Sequence record: PP355091.1
Reading direction: 5' to 3' (one strand)
From: Escherichia phage 235Ecol030PP
Length of the DNA stretch: 64,000 nucleotides
Positions 27,736-37,671 of this stretch are shown here, piece after piece. Positions within the stretch are counted from its first letter, which is position 1. Each line of letters begins with the position of its first letter. Position numbers and translations under genes: made by a program. The notes below the pieces were generated by a model that saw only the letters and a list, made by a program, of their open reading frames with translations, did no database searches and was not told where the DNA came from.

Positions 27736-27953
27736 GTCACCTTTAAGCAGTATTCTTCTACATGTTGTTTACGACCTTTCTTATCAATAAAGGTATATTC
27801 AACGAATGTTCCAATGTAGTCTTTATCTACATCATGTGGACTATTAATTGGACATTTAGTACGGCAAATGCGTTCCCATTGACGAATAATTACTGCTTTG
27901 TTTTTAGGATCAAACGGATGTGGATAATGTATATTCATAATAATGGTTCCCAA
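27726..27953 (-). CDS. Hypothetical protein
   Basis: 75-aa ORF. Confidence 0.45.
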   Translation of the reverse strand: MGTIIMNIHYPHPFDPKNKAVIIRQWERICRTKCPINSPHDVDKDYIGTFVEYTFIDKKGRKQHVEEYCLKVTWL

Positions 27954-28402
27954 TCAACAATCACAATTTCTAATTTAGAGGAATATGCATCTAAAATCCC
28001 CTCAATAATATCCCAGTTCCCTTTACCTATGCCTGCACCAATCCTAGGCATATAGATTGTAGGTTTAATTAGTTTATTTTCACCAAACTCATTTAATTCT
28101 AACATACAATTCATTAAAGCGGAATACTCAAAATTTGGCCCTGGCTGAAATTGAGTATAAAGGTTGAAGCAATACGCTTTATGAGTCCTAAAGTATTTTT
28201 CATAAACTGAGTAAGAACCGAGTTTAGTTACATCACCCCATTCAGTCTGTAATTTATCAGCTTCCAAAATTTTAGGGAAAGCTTTGGTTAATTGACCCGC
28301 TACGCCTGAACCCATAGTATGAAAACAATTGCATCCATGCGCAATATTTTTACCTTCAGCGAAAAGGGCGACAATATCGCCCTTGATATATTTTACAATC
28401 AT
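27935..28402 (-). CDS. Macrodomain protein, TARG1/DarG-like (putative ADP-ribosyl hydrolase)
   Basis: 155 aa; GDIVALFAEGKNIAHGCNCFHTMGSGVAGQL and YMPRIGAGIGKGNW resemble TARG1-type macrodomain motifs; from recalled motifs, not a search. Confidence 0.5.
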   Translation of the reverse strand: MIVKYIKGDIVALFAEGKNIAHGCNCFHTMGSGVAGQLTKAFPKILEADKLQTEWGDVTKLGSYSVYEKYFRTHKAYCFNLYTQFQPGPNFEYSALMNCMLELNEFGENKLIKPTIYMPRIGAGIGKGNWDIIEGILDAYSSKLEIVIVDWEPLL

Positions 28403-28746
28403 CTAGTACTCAATCCTCGATTATAAGAATCTACCAAACGGTCAACCATTGAATGACAAGCGGCTTTATCTTTCTCCTCCGCAACTGAACATTCTAAAGT
28501 ATTCCACTTTTTAGCATATCGTTTTAACAATGTATAGTTTTTGTATCTGCTTGATTTATCCCTTTCTCCGTCTTTATATGCATATATTAATTTCTGTGCA
28601 AATTCAGCTTGGCATGCTTTATTTTTCCCACAATAATCTGCCGCAGTGCGGTTTACATATTCTCTAATTTCAGTATATGATGTATCTGCTGACGCAGAAG
28701 CAGAAAATGAAATTAATCCTATACATAAAACTAAAATTTTAGTCAT
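28399..28746 (-). CDS. Secreted or lipoprotein-like protein, hypothetical
   Basis: 115 aa; N-terminal signal peptide MTKILVLCIGLISFSASASA. Confidence 0.5.
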   Translation of the reverse strand: MTKILVLCIGLISFSASASADTSYTEIREYVNRTAADYCGKNKACQAEFAQKLIYAYKDGERDKSSRYKNYTLLKRYAKKWNTLECSVAEEKDKAACHSMVDRLVDSYNRGLSTR

Positions 28747-29284
28747 TTACTATTTCCAAAAGTTTATTATTTTTAAGGTAATTAGCCTTTTCTAGGACTT
28801 CAGAAGCATATTTAGAACCAGCTTTAACATTCCATCCCGAATTATAAGAGGATATTGCTTTTCTTATATCGCCCTTATGTATATTTAACCAATAAGAAAG
28901 TTCAATGTACGCCCAGGAAGCTGAATTGGATCGTTTATTCAACATTCTTTTTATTTCAGCATCGGTCATATTATAACCAAGTTCCTTAACTCTTGCTCGC
29001 ATAGTAGGCAAATAATTTTGGAACATTCCGTAGGCGTGATGCTTTGGTTTAGATTTTAAATTAACTCCGCCAGAGCTTTCTTGCCATAAAATGGCTGCCA
29101 TTATATGACCTAATCCGCTCTTGTGGATATTTTTGTGTGTTTTATATTTTCCATCCTTAGAAAATTGTTCCCCGAATTGATACGCGTAACGCATGTTATC
29201 GAGTTGGACATTACTGAAAGTATGCTCGGAGCTATGTGCCATCATTGAAATGGCCAATAGACCAGCGAGTAGTGCTTTTCTCAT
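28739..29284 (-). CDS. Periplasmic lytic transglycosylase-like protein (SLT domain)
   Basis: 181 aa; signal peptide MRKALLAGLLAISMMAHS; SLT motifs WQESSGG, AYGMFQ, YNSGWN. Confidence 0.55.
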   Translation of the reverse strand: MRKALLAGLLAISMMAHSSEHTFSNVQLDNMRYAYQFGEQFSKDGKYKTHKNIHKSGLGHIMAAILWQESSGGVNLKSKPKHHAYGMFQNYLPTMRARVKELGYNMTDAEIKRMLNKRSNSASWAYIELSYWLNIHKGDIRKAISSYNSGWNVKAGSKYASEVLEKANYLKNNKLLEIVND

Positions 29285-29291
29285 GCTTACC

Positions 29292-29753
29292 TCATTGAGT
29301 TTTAATTACTGCTTTAGAAGCCTTTCCTGGTAAACGACGACTGTTGATAATTGCCATCCTACATTGAAGTGACGGGTCTTTGAATTTCGCATTAGGTTTA
29401 CAAACTGTAAATCCAAGCCAAAGATTTCCATCTGTGATTTCTAAACGTCCAGGACGATATTCAACCCCATCAATAAAATCCTCGTCAATGTCAGGACGCG
29501 GAGGCATACTCAGGAATTCATTAACTTCTAAAACATGGTCTTTTATTTTATGGAATAATTCAAAAACATATGTCTCATCAATCTCCCGTTGAATTGCGCG
29601 ATCAAGAAGATGCTGAGAATATTTTAGATGAAACGATGAGACCCCTGCTGCTTTTGATGCCTCACGAATCTCATTGTTAATTTGACGAAACTCCGACTCA
29701 AAGTGACGACGAAGCTTATTTCGACGGATAAAAACTTCTGTATTGATAGTCAT
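29292..29753 (-). CDS. regB: Sequence-specific endoribonuclease RegB
   Basis: 153 aa, same length as T4 RegB; preceded by early promoter; assignment by recalled similarity and synteny. Confidence 0.8.
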   Translation of the reverse strand: MTINTEVFIRRNKLRRHFESEFRQINNEIREASKAAGVSSFHLKYSQHLLDRAIQREIDETYVFELFHKIKDHVLEVNEFLSMPPRPDIDEDFIDGVEYRPGRLEITDGNLWLGFTVCKPNAKFKDPSLQCRMAIINSRRLPGKASKAVIKTQ

Positions 29754-29781
29754 GTTATTCTCCTCTTAACTGATAGAAAAA

Positions 29782-29811
29782 TTATACCACAGTCAAGAGG
29801 AAAAGTAAACA
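29782..29811 (-). promoter_or_regulatory. T4-type early promoter upstream of regB
   Basis: -35 GTTTACT (29805-29811), 17-nt spacer, -10 TATAAT (29782-29787). Confidence 0.6.
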
Positions 29812-29812
29812 G

Positions 29813-30091
29813 TTATTCTTTAAATCTAATCAATTTATTCATAGACTTTGAAACTTCGGCACGAACCTCATGTAGATTTTTGAGCTGTTCAAGACGCTGC
29901 GTATAGTAAGCAATTTCATCTTCTTCGAGACAGTCCTGCGAATCTTCTTTAAGATAACGTGCATAGTCCTGGAAAGCGTTACGGACTACTTCCTGGAAGT
30001 CATCAAGACTTTGAATTTTCTTAGGAGCAACAGATACACGACGAGGGGCAGTATAATACTCATAACCAAACCCTGCGCTTAATTGAGCCAT
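29813..30091 (-). CDS. Hypothetical protein (vs.x region)
   Basis: Track ORF 29813-30133; start set at [13 protein letters not shown] (ATGA overlap with upstream stop). Confidence 0.45.
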   Translation of the reverse strand: MAQLSAGFGYEYYTAPRRVSVAPKKIQSLDDFQEVVRNAFQDYARYLKEDSQDCLEEDEIAYYTQRLEQLKNLHEVRAEVSKSMNKLIRFKE

Positions 30092-30357
30092 TAGTATTTT
30101 TCCTCTGGTTGGAACACTGCACGACAAGCCCACATACTGGCTTCTTTGAGTTTCGTTTTAGCAATAGTTAACTGATCGAGGCTTTCAGCATAATTCTTCG
30201 CGAATTCACAGTCTTCACAATTATCTAGTGCTTCCCAGAATTCATCGTATAAAGCGTCAAAGATAAGTCCTAAACGAACTTCAGCGTCTTTGATAGCATT
30301 CACTTTACCGATTTTCTCTTCAGTATGTGGCTTATAACCCTTAATATCTTCAATCAT
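30091..30357 (-). CDS. Hypothetical protein (vs.x region; candidate for the Acb2/Vs.4 position)
   Basis: Track ORF 30091-30393; start trimmed; no motif recognised. Confidence 0.4.
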   Translation of the reverse strand: MIEDIKGYKPHTEEKIGKVNAIKDAEVRLGLIFDALYDEFWEALDNCEDCEFAKNYAESLDQLTIAKTKLKEASMWACRAVFQPEEKY

Positions 30358-30571
30358 ATTTGACTTCCTCACCAGTACATAAATCATATTCAACTAAACG
30401 AATGGGTTCATGAATGCCATATCCCTGAACAGAAATTTCTGTCGTAGGATAAATTCCATCAATATCACCCATATTCCACGCTTCATTAAATTGCTGTTCG
30501 CCTGAATTACTAAACCACTCGGCGAAAGCATTTAGCACATCTTCAGAACCTTCAATAATTATCTTTGCCAT
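30350..30571 (-). CDS. Hypothetical protein (vs.x region)
   Basis: 73-aa ORF. Confidence 0.45.
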   Translation of the reverse strand: MAKIIIEGSEDVLNAFAEWFSNSGEQQFNEAWNMGDIDGIYPTTEISVQGYGIHEPIRLVEYDLCTGEEVKYD

Positions 30572-30933
30572 TACAAACTTTCGGTGAAGGTACGAGCGAT
30601 AACGTCGCGCTGCTGTTCCGGAGTCAGAGAGTTAAAGCGAACTGCATAACCGGATACACGGATGGTCAGCTGCGGATATTTTTCCGGATGCTTAACTGCA
30701 TCTTCCAGAGTTTCACGACGCAGAACGTTAACGTTCAGGTGTTGACCACCTTCAATTTTAACTGTAGGCTGTTGCTCAATTTCAATTTCACGGGCATGCA
30801 AACCATAGAAAATTTCTGGGTCTACAAAAGAGTCCTCTTTAAAGGTTTTAGAAACGATAATTCGTGCTTGAATACCATCTTCAAAATAAATAGTACCTTT
30901 GTGTGTGCCTTCAAGAATTTGATATGCTTTCAT
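30571..30933 (-). CDS. Autonomous glycyl-radical cofactor (GrcA/YfiD-like)
   Basis: 120 aa; C-terminal [25 protein letters not shown] contains the glycyl-radical signature RVSGY. Confidence 0.8.
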   Translation of the reverse strand: MKAYQILEGTHKGTIYFEDGIQARIIVSKTFKEDSFVDPEIFYGLHAREIEIEQQPTVKIEGGQHLNVNVLRRETLEDAVKHPEKYPQLTIRVSGYAVRFNSLTPEQQRDVIARTFTESL

Positions 30934-30940
30934 ATAAACC

Positions 30941-31270
30941 TCAATTAGAAAATAAATTTATCCAAGATTGTTCTTTAATTAAAAATGGCTCAGAATCATA
31001 TGCCATTAAACTCTGTGTGATTAGTCCTTTAAAAGGCCCATCAATAAATTCCATGGTAAAATATGGAATTTTATTCATTAGCCGTGCATTAGGAGCCGTG
31101 CACAAAACTCTGCATCCTTTGAATACGCCTTTTTGTAATTTGTATTGCTTAGGATAAAATTCGCTCAAAATGTTATTTTTTGCCAAAATTTCAAAATGAT
31201 TCACCAATTTATTTTTAATAGTTTTTGGTGAAAAATAAAGATATTCGAAAAGCTGAGTGTCTGTCATCAT
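30941..31270 (-). CDS. Hypothetical protein (start at MMTDTQ, overlapping upstream stop)
   Basis: Track ORF 30941-31321; ATGA overlap with stop of 31267-31806. Confidence 0.4.
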   Translation of the reverse strand: MMTDTQLFEYLYFSPKTIKNKLVNHFEILAKNNILSEFYPKQYKLQKGVFKGCRVLCTAPNARLMNKIPYFTMEFIDGPFKGLITQSLMAYDSEPFLIKEQSWINLFSN

Positions 31271-31806
31271 TGCATTCCGATTACGAAAAACTGTGGACGA
31301 GTAATACCACCAATGCAACATTTAATATTACAGCAGCAGTGTACAGTGTCAATATGGACACTATAAATCTTATCCATATCAGGAGATTTGACAGGCTCAT
31401 CAATTATATATAAAATTCGCGAAAGCTTTAAACCTCTGAACTTGCTTCCTTTATTACCGATAAAACTGCGCACAGAATCAGTAAATAAACGAAAACGTAT
31501 ATCATCATTAGAATAACGCGAAAATTCCTTTTTAATGTTATTTGCAGAAATTTTAGCGTAAGCTGAAGTATTAGAAAGAACAATAACTGTTCCGCCATCA
31601 TACAACCAATTAGCAGCAAAGTTAGTCACAGCAATTGATTTACCGGATTGACGCCCACCATCTAGTCGAAGTGTGCAATACTGTTTAAGTAAGTCTTCAA
31701 ATGGCGGGATATATTCGTTTTTACAAATTTCTTCTACTCTAGCATCAGAATGGTGTGTAAAAGCATTCATCAGGGATAGATAAGGACCAGTTAAAAATGT
31801 TCTCAT
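31267..31806 (-). CDS. P-loop NTPase with Cys-rich C-terminal tail, hypothetical
   Basis: 179 aa; Walker A GGRQSGKS, Walker B ILYIIDEP; C-terminus HCCCNIKCCIGG. Confidence 0.45.
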   Translation of the reverse strand: MRTFLTGPYLSLMNAFTHHSDARVEEICKNEYIPPFEDLLKQYCTLRLDGGRQSGKSIAVTNFAANWLYDGGTVIVLSNTSAYAKISANNIKKEFSRYSNDDIRFRLFTDSVRSFIGNKGSKFRGLKLSRILYIIDEPVKSPDMDKIYSVHIDTVHCCCNIKCCIGGITRPQFFVIGMQ

Positions 31807-31971
31807 TTCTTCTCTCTAAATTTGGGCCATTCCGTGGCGCATGAATTGTCCATTTCTGTATTTACCCATTACCGCACTTGGGCTCGACCTTATTACAGGT
31901 TGGCGGGAATCCCTCACAGAATCATGAGGTCCAGCTTGTTCCCATTTTATTTGAATGTAAATAGATCTGAG

Positions 31972-32550
31972 TTAGGAATTACGGGCTGCATTAGCAACGG
32001 CGTAAGCGTACTGGACATTAGCGTCTTTAAACGTACCTTTAGAGGTATCTATTTCTGCCTTAAAGCCGCCTTTAGCCATAGCATCGGCAAATTCTTTACG
32101 GAAAGCCATTGCATCAAGACCTTTCCATGATGATTTATGCTTGGCAAATTCAAGACCAGCGTAGTTGACAGCCTTAGCTAATTTATTATCAATAACCCAT
32201 TTACCGGCTTTAGGCACAAACTTCGGGCCTTTTTGTTTAGAGAACAGTTTTAAATTCCAGCGACGAAGGTCACTGTCGGCTTTAACAAAAGCTGCGTCTA
32301 AGTTACTAGCAACAACATCTTCAATATGAGCAAATTTAAGTCCGTCAACTTCAATATTTAGATCGTTACGCCAGCGAAGTCCTTCCCAAGCGAAGGCTTT
32401 AAAGTCGGAAGCCTTTGTAGCTAAGTACCGTTCAATAGGAGCTGTTTTAGGGTCAAAGCCGTTTCCCGATCGGTAGGTCCACTCATCTTTATTAATGCCT
32501 TTGGCCTTTACTATAGAAGCTTCGGCAATAAATTCTTGATAGGTTTTCAT
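31972..32550 (-). CDS. ipIII: Internal protein III-like head protein (capsid targeting sequence MKTYQEFIAEA)
   Basis: 192 aa; N-terminal MKTYQEFIAEA is the classic T4 internal-protein targeting/cleavage leader; early promoter upstream. Confidence 0.75.
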   Translation of the reverse strand: MKTYQEFIAEASIVKAKGINKDEWTYRSGNGFDPKTAPIERYLATKASDFKAFAWEGLRWRNDLNIEVDGLKFAHIEDVVASNLDAAFVKADSDLRRWNLKLFSKQKGPKFVPKAGKWVIDNKLAKAVNYAGLEFAKHKSSWKGLDAMAFRKEFADAMAKGGFKAEIDTSKGTFKDANVQYAYAVANAARNS

Positions 32551-32578
32551 GTGTTTCCTTGTTTGTTTTGATAGAGTA

Positions 32579-32608
32579 ATTATACCATATTAATACTTAA
32601 GCGTAAAC
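32579..32608 (-). promoter_or_regulatory. T4-type early promoter upstream of ipIII
   Basis: -35 GTTTACG (32602-32608), 17-nt spacer, -10 TATAAT (32579-32584). Confidence 0.55.
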
Positions 32609-32611
32609 CGT

Positions 32612-32872
32612 TTAAGCTTTACCGCCAGAAATAATTCCGAAGTTGTTAAAATCATATCCAATATCGTCAACATCTACTTTAGGACTTGCTACAACATAAG
32701 CAATTTCACTACATTTTGCACAGGTGTTGATTTCTTTACCATCGCCACCTAAGAAAGAATACCCATTACGTTTTAATGAGCCAAAGTCTTCCGCATCATC
32801 AATGAAAGCTTTAACTTTAAATTTAGAACCTTTGGCATCTGCTTCAACGATAAATTCTTGATACATTTTCAT
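32612..32872 (-). CDS. Internal-protein-like gene (IPII position), CTS leader MKMYQEFIVEA
   Basis: 86 aa; leader matches IP consensus; rest unrelated to ipIII. Confidence 0.6.
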   Translation of the reverse strand: MKMYQEFIVEADAKGSKFKVKAFIDDAEDFGSLKRNGYSFLGGDGKEINTCAKCSEIAYVVASPKVDVDDIGYDFNNFGIISGGKA

Positions 32873-32878
32873 TTTTCC

Positions 32879-32982
32879 TTAGTAAATTGATTTACCAAAG
32901 TATTTGTACCAAGTCGGACGTTGATCAATTTTTTCATCTAAGCGTGCTTGATTTATCGCAATGGACGCTTCGGACGGGTCAT
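32879..32982 (-). pseudogene. denV: denV (endonuclease V, pyrimidine-dimer glycosylase) remnant: start codon plus C-terminal about 34 codons, out of frame
   Basis: Promoter, GGAGGAAATT and ATG ACC CGT (MTR) intact, stop after 9 codons; shifted frame encodes [32 protein letters not shown] matching recalled T4 DenV C-terminus. Confidence 0.7.
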
Positions 32983-33009
32983 AATTTCCTCCAAGTAGTT
33001 GATGAATGT

Positions 33010-33039
33010 ATAGTATCAAAACCCTTGGAGGAAGTAAAC
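33010..33039 (-). promoter_or_regulatory. T4-type early promoter (denV promoter)
   Basis: -35 GTTTACT (33033-33039), 17-nt spacer, -10 TACTAT (33010-33015). Confidence 0.55.
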
Positions 33040-33041
33040 AA

Positions 33042-34282
<1,241 letters not shown>

Positions 34283-34301
<19 letters not shown>

Positions 34302-34786
34302 TCAGTGATAAAGTTATTTAAATTTTGAGTATATTTCTTTTCATCAAAAATCTTTTGTTGTCTGCGTAAACGCCATGGCATTTCAATGAACACACACCAT
34401 ATTCCTGATAATATTGCTGTTGTCAAAATATTAACAAGTATGATTAAAAGAATCCAATCTCCCGTTCTGCCTACTGGACTTTCTCCAAAGAAGCAAAATA
34501 CAAATGATGTCACAGGAAGACTAATAATATACCACAGAATCATAATCTTATCTGTGAACCAATCAGCGTTCGTTAACTTAGCACGACCGTTTTGAATACA
34601 TACGAACTTATCATCTGTTATAATAGATGGCTTAGCTGCTTGATATCCCATTCTAAACTCCCTAATCAACAAATTTTTCATATCTTCGGAACAACCATTC
34701 CAGTCAACTCTATCAACTGGAATGCCATCATCCCCATCATCTAAATCATACCAGCGAGTTTTTAAAATCATCTGATTTTCCTGCAA
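34283..34786 (-). CDS. Membrane protein, member of a tandem paralog family
   Basis: 167 aa; TM segments; C-terminus NFITECRKLK. Confidence 0.5.
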
Positions 34787-35130
34787 TCACTCACAAACTC
34801 TTTCATTGCTTCATTTTCAATATAAGAAATGTAGCTATTATATTCCTTTAATTGTATTTTGTAATCTTTTTTTCTTTGCCAATTTATTTTAAAATTATCA
34901 TAATGAAAATATAACATGGTACCAAAGAATGAAAATAATGAAATAATTTTAGTATAGTGAAGTTCACTCCAAACTTCTATTATATTTACTGTGCCGTCAA
35001 TGTTTAAAATAAGACAGTCAATTAACAATCCAAAAAGACTACCCGCAAGAGCTGCAGCCAACGCCACAGCAAAAATTAAAAATGACTCAGGAAGCGAATA
35101 TTTGGCTTTATTTAGTTTTGGCTTTTGCAT
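34768..35130 (-). CDS. Membrane protein, member of a tandem paralog family
   Basis: 120 aa; C-terminus KEFVSDCRKIR. Confidence 0.5.
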   Translation of the reverse strand: MQKPKLNKAKYSLPESFLIFAVALAAALAGSLFGLLIDCLILNIDGTVNIIEVWSELHYTKIISLFSFFGTMLYFHYDNFKINWQRKKDYKIQLKEYNSYISYIENEAMKEFVSDCRKIR

Positions 35131-35525
35131 CGTGATTCCTTAACAAATTTCATAATTTCATTAAATTCATACTCAGCAAGTTTAAGCTGGTGTTCCTTTT
35201 TAATCTTTTTACACTGAGCTTTCCAATCGTGTACACGTTTACGATAATGTCTTCCTTGATACCAGTATCCTACCCAATTTACGGGTACTAATAAAAGTGG
35301 AACTACCAATGGAAGAATTAGCATTAACACAAGTATTTCGCCAGAATCAATATCAGTCATAACATCTAAAACACCTCCAATAATCAATAGAATTACAAAT
35401 GATATAAGTATAACAGGACCTATTAATACATCAGTAGAAATTATCTGGTGCTTTGATTCATACTTCAAAGGTTTACTTGGAAGGTATAGTGATGGTTTTG
35501 ACATATTCTCTACATTCCTTAACAA
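35112..35525 (-). CDS. Membrane protein, member of a tandem paralog family (TTG start in track; ATG at codon 8 more likely)
   Basis: 137 aa; C-terminus IMKFVKESRCKSQN. Confidence 0.5.
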   Translation of the reverse strand: MLRNVENMSKPSLYLPSKPLKYESKHQIISTDVLIGPVILISFVILLIIGGVLDVMTDIDSGEILVLMLILPLVVPLLLVPVNWVGYWYQGRHYRKRVHDWKAQCKKIKKEHQLKLAEYEFNEIMKFVKESRCKSQN

Positions 35526-36083
35526 ATTTTTCTAATAATAAATCGCTTTCAAAATTGGGATTTTCCACGAATTTATCAAAAAGATCATCAACAATAGTTA
35601 AGATATTCTTTTTACTAAGAATACGCTTATTTTCATGCTTCGTTTCAGAATCAACTATAAGAGTAAAGAAATATTTCTTGCCCTGAAATTTTACAGTAGT
35701 ATCAATATAGAATAAATTTGACTTTTGTAAATTACGTTTAAACCATGCGTCGCTTAAACTATAAACGCCAAGATAATCATAATCGTCGTTTAAATAACAG
35801 ACCGTCCATTCAGGAGAAACAAAATCAGTAAATTCAACGTCAAAATCGCATATGTTAATAAATGAATTGATTCAATACTGTTAATAAGTATTCCAGGACG
35901 TATTAAAGACTTTTTACCTCTAGAAAATCTTCCAGAAAGACTTTCATCAGTTTCATATGAAGAACCCCAATAATAATTACGTCCTTCTGCCATACGTTTA
36001 AGAGCATTTAATAATTGGTCTGGAACATCAACCTGTCTTTGAAACTCTTCAAACATTGAATTGAAATCACTTTGCATTTTCAT
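35473..36083 (-). pseudogene. Frameshifted gene: 5' ORF (35790-36083) continues in the +1 frame to 35473; C-terminus KFVKECREYVK resembles the downstream paralog family
   Basis: 97-aa track ORF ends in implausible tail; adjacent frame open for about 118 codons without any ATG/GTG/TTG start; frame change lies between 35790 and 35878. Confidence 0.45.
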
Positions 36084-36124
36084 TCCTATTTACTCCAAGT
36101 AATAGGGGCCGAAGCCCCTTATCA

Positions 36125-36718
36125 TTATTTCAGAGAATTAATGTATTCCTGAACATCGGCAGAGGTAGTTTCAACCCCAGAAATATTACCGTTAAAGGTT
36201 TCAACTCGAGCAAGAGTATCTTCAATATCAACCTTAGTCAGTGCTGCAATTTCAACTACATCATCAGCAGTACTAATTCCAAGGGCATTCGCGGCGCGAG
36301 TTTCACGGATATATTCCAATTTAACTGCAAGTTCTTGGCGAGCATCATCCAATTCAACTACTTTCTTAGCGATTTCAATTCGCATTTCAGCATAACCATC
36401 AGCTTTAGTAGTCAACTGCTCAGCTGTTCGACGATATAGTAAACCGAGTTTAGCATGCATTGTTACATCTTGACCTTCGGAAAGAAGCTTGCGAATTTCA
36501 CGCTCTTTTGATTCGGCTTGCTTATTCTTTTCGACAATAAGTTCACGAATACGCTTTTCTTCATTAATAGATTTAACGGAAGCAGTTTTTAGATCTTTAA
36601 TCTTATCAAGTAGTTTTGCTGCCGCAGCAGTATACTGTTCTTCAACAGATAGATTTTTAGCCATAGCAGAACCAAGTTTAGTGCGAATAAACTCAACAAT
36701 TTTCTTCAGTGTGTTCAT
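36125..36718 (-). CDS. Coiled-coil protein, hypothetical (PspA-like architecture, unverified)
   Basis: 197 aa; long charged heptad regions. Confidence 0.5.
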
Positions 36719-36774
36719 AGTATTTCCTTAGGTTGGTATAATTAGATAATATCACGTTTTAATAGATTGTAAAC

Positions 36775-37110
36775 TTATTCTTCGTCTAGCTCGTCGATAA
36801 AGACGTTGATGGCCTCGATAACGGCATCATTGATAGCCAATAAAATAAAATCATCGTCAGTACCTTTAGAAGATTCTAAAGCATTGATATATGCTTGGTT
36901 GGCGAGTTCCCAAGCCTTTTTAAAATAAGGAGCTTCATCATCAGGACAAATATCCCGCACGCCTTCAAAGATACGTTTGGCATAATCTAACACCCATTGT
37001 ACAGGCATGTTTTGAGAACGTTCGTTAAACTCTTTAAAGTCCTTAGATTCAAAAAGCTCTTCAGGATAATTATTTCTATTACAAAAAGCTTTACTAAAGT
37101 TACGTTTCAT
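36775..37110 (-). CDS. Hypothetical protein
   Basis: 111-aa ORF. Confidence 0.5.
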   Translation of the reverse strand: MKRNFSKAFCNRNNYPEELFESKDFKEFNERSQNMPVQWVLDYAKRIFEGVRDICPDDEAPYFKKAWELANQAYINALESSKGTDDDFILLAINDAVIEAINVFIDELDEE

Positions 37111-37166
37111 AATGTTTTCCTCATTTGTATAGGCTCATAATATCTCAATCATGAGCCTATGTAAAC

Positions 37167-37442
37167 TTATTTCATATTATTGAAATATTCTTCTGCGATT
37201 TCGTCGTTATCATGGTAAACTTTAGAAGACAGTTTAACATAACTTTCAGCAGTGAACATGTTAATCACAACCTTTACAGTATACCACTGACCATCTTCAT
37301 TACCCATTACTGCGTAAGTTTCAAACATCGGATGATCAGGACCGATAACTTTAATATCATTCACTGTACGACCAAAATCTTCTGAAACACATTTCATAAA
37401 GAAGTTGAACAGTTCGCCGTAATTATCCATTTCATTCTCCAA
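37167..37442 (-). CDS. Hypothetical protein
   Basis: 91-aa ORF downstream of early promoter. Confidence 0.5.
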   Translation of the reverse strand: MENEMDNYGELFNFFMKCVSEDFGRTVNDIKVIGPDHPMFETYAVMGNEDGQWYTVKVVINMFTAESYVKLSSKVYHDNDEIAEEYFNNMK

Positions 37443-37473
37443 GTTGTTTTCTGTATCAGTAGTTGATAGTTGT

Positions 37474-37503
37474 ATAGTACCATAGAAGAACAGGGATGTA
37501 AAC
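37474..37503 (-). promoter_or_regulatory. T4-type early promoter
   Basis: -35 GTTTACA (37497-37503), 17-nt spacer, -10 TACTAT (37474-37479). Confidence 0.6.
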
Positions 37504-37633
37504 AGTTTTGTGAAAAATTTTTTAAAAAGTTTTGGGGAATTCTAGGGCAAGGAGGGGAAATTAAAGGATAGGATAATATATTATAAAGGGTAGAAACTAA
37601 ATGATGCCTAGAGAGGCCTGGAAAGGCCTAGAT

Positions 37634-37663
37634 ACCAAAAAGCCCCAACCTTTTGGTCGGGAC
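37634..37663 (-). terminator. Intrinsic terminator (GUCCCGACC-AAAA-GGUUGGGGC plus U5)
   Basis: Hairpin from plus 37642-37663 with U-run from 37634-37641; 9 nt after stop at 37672. Confidence 0.65.
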
Positions 37664-37671
37664 TAAGAATA

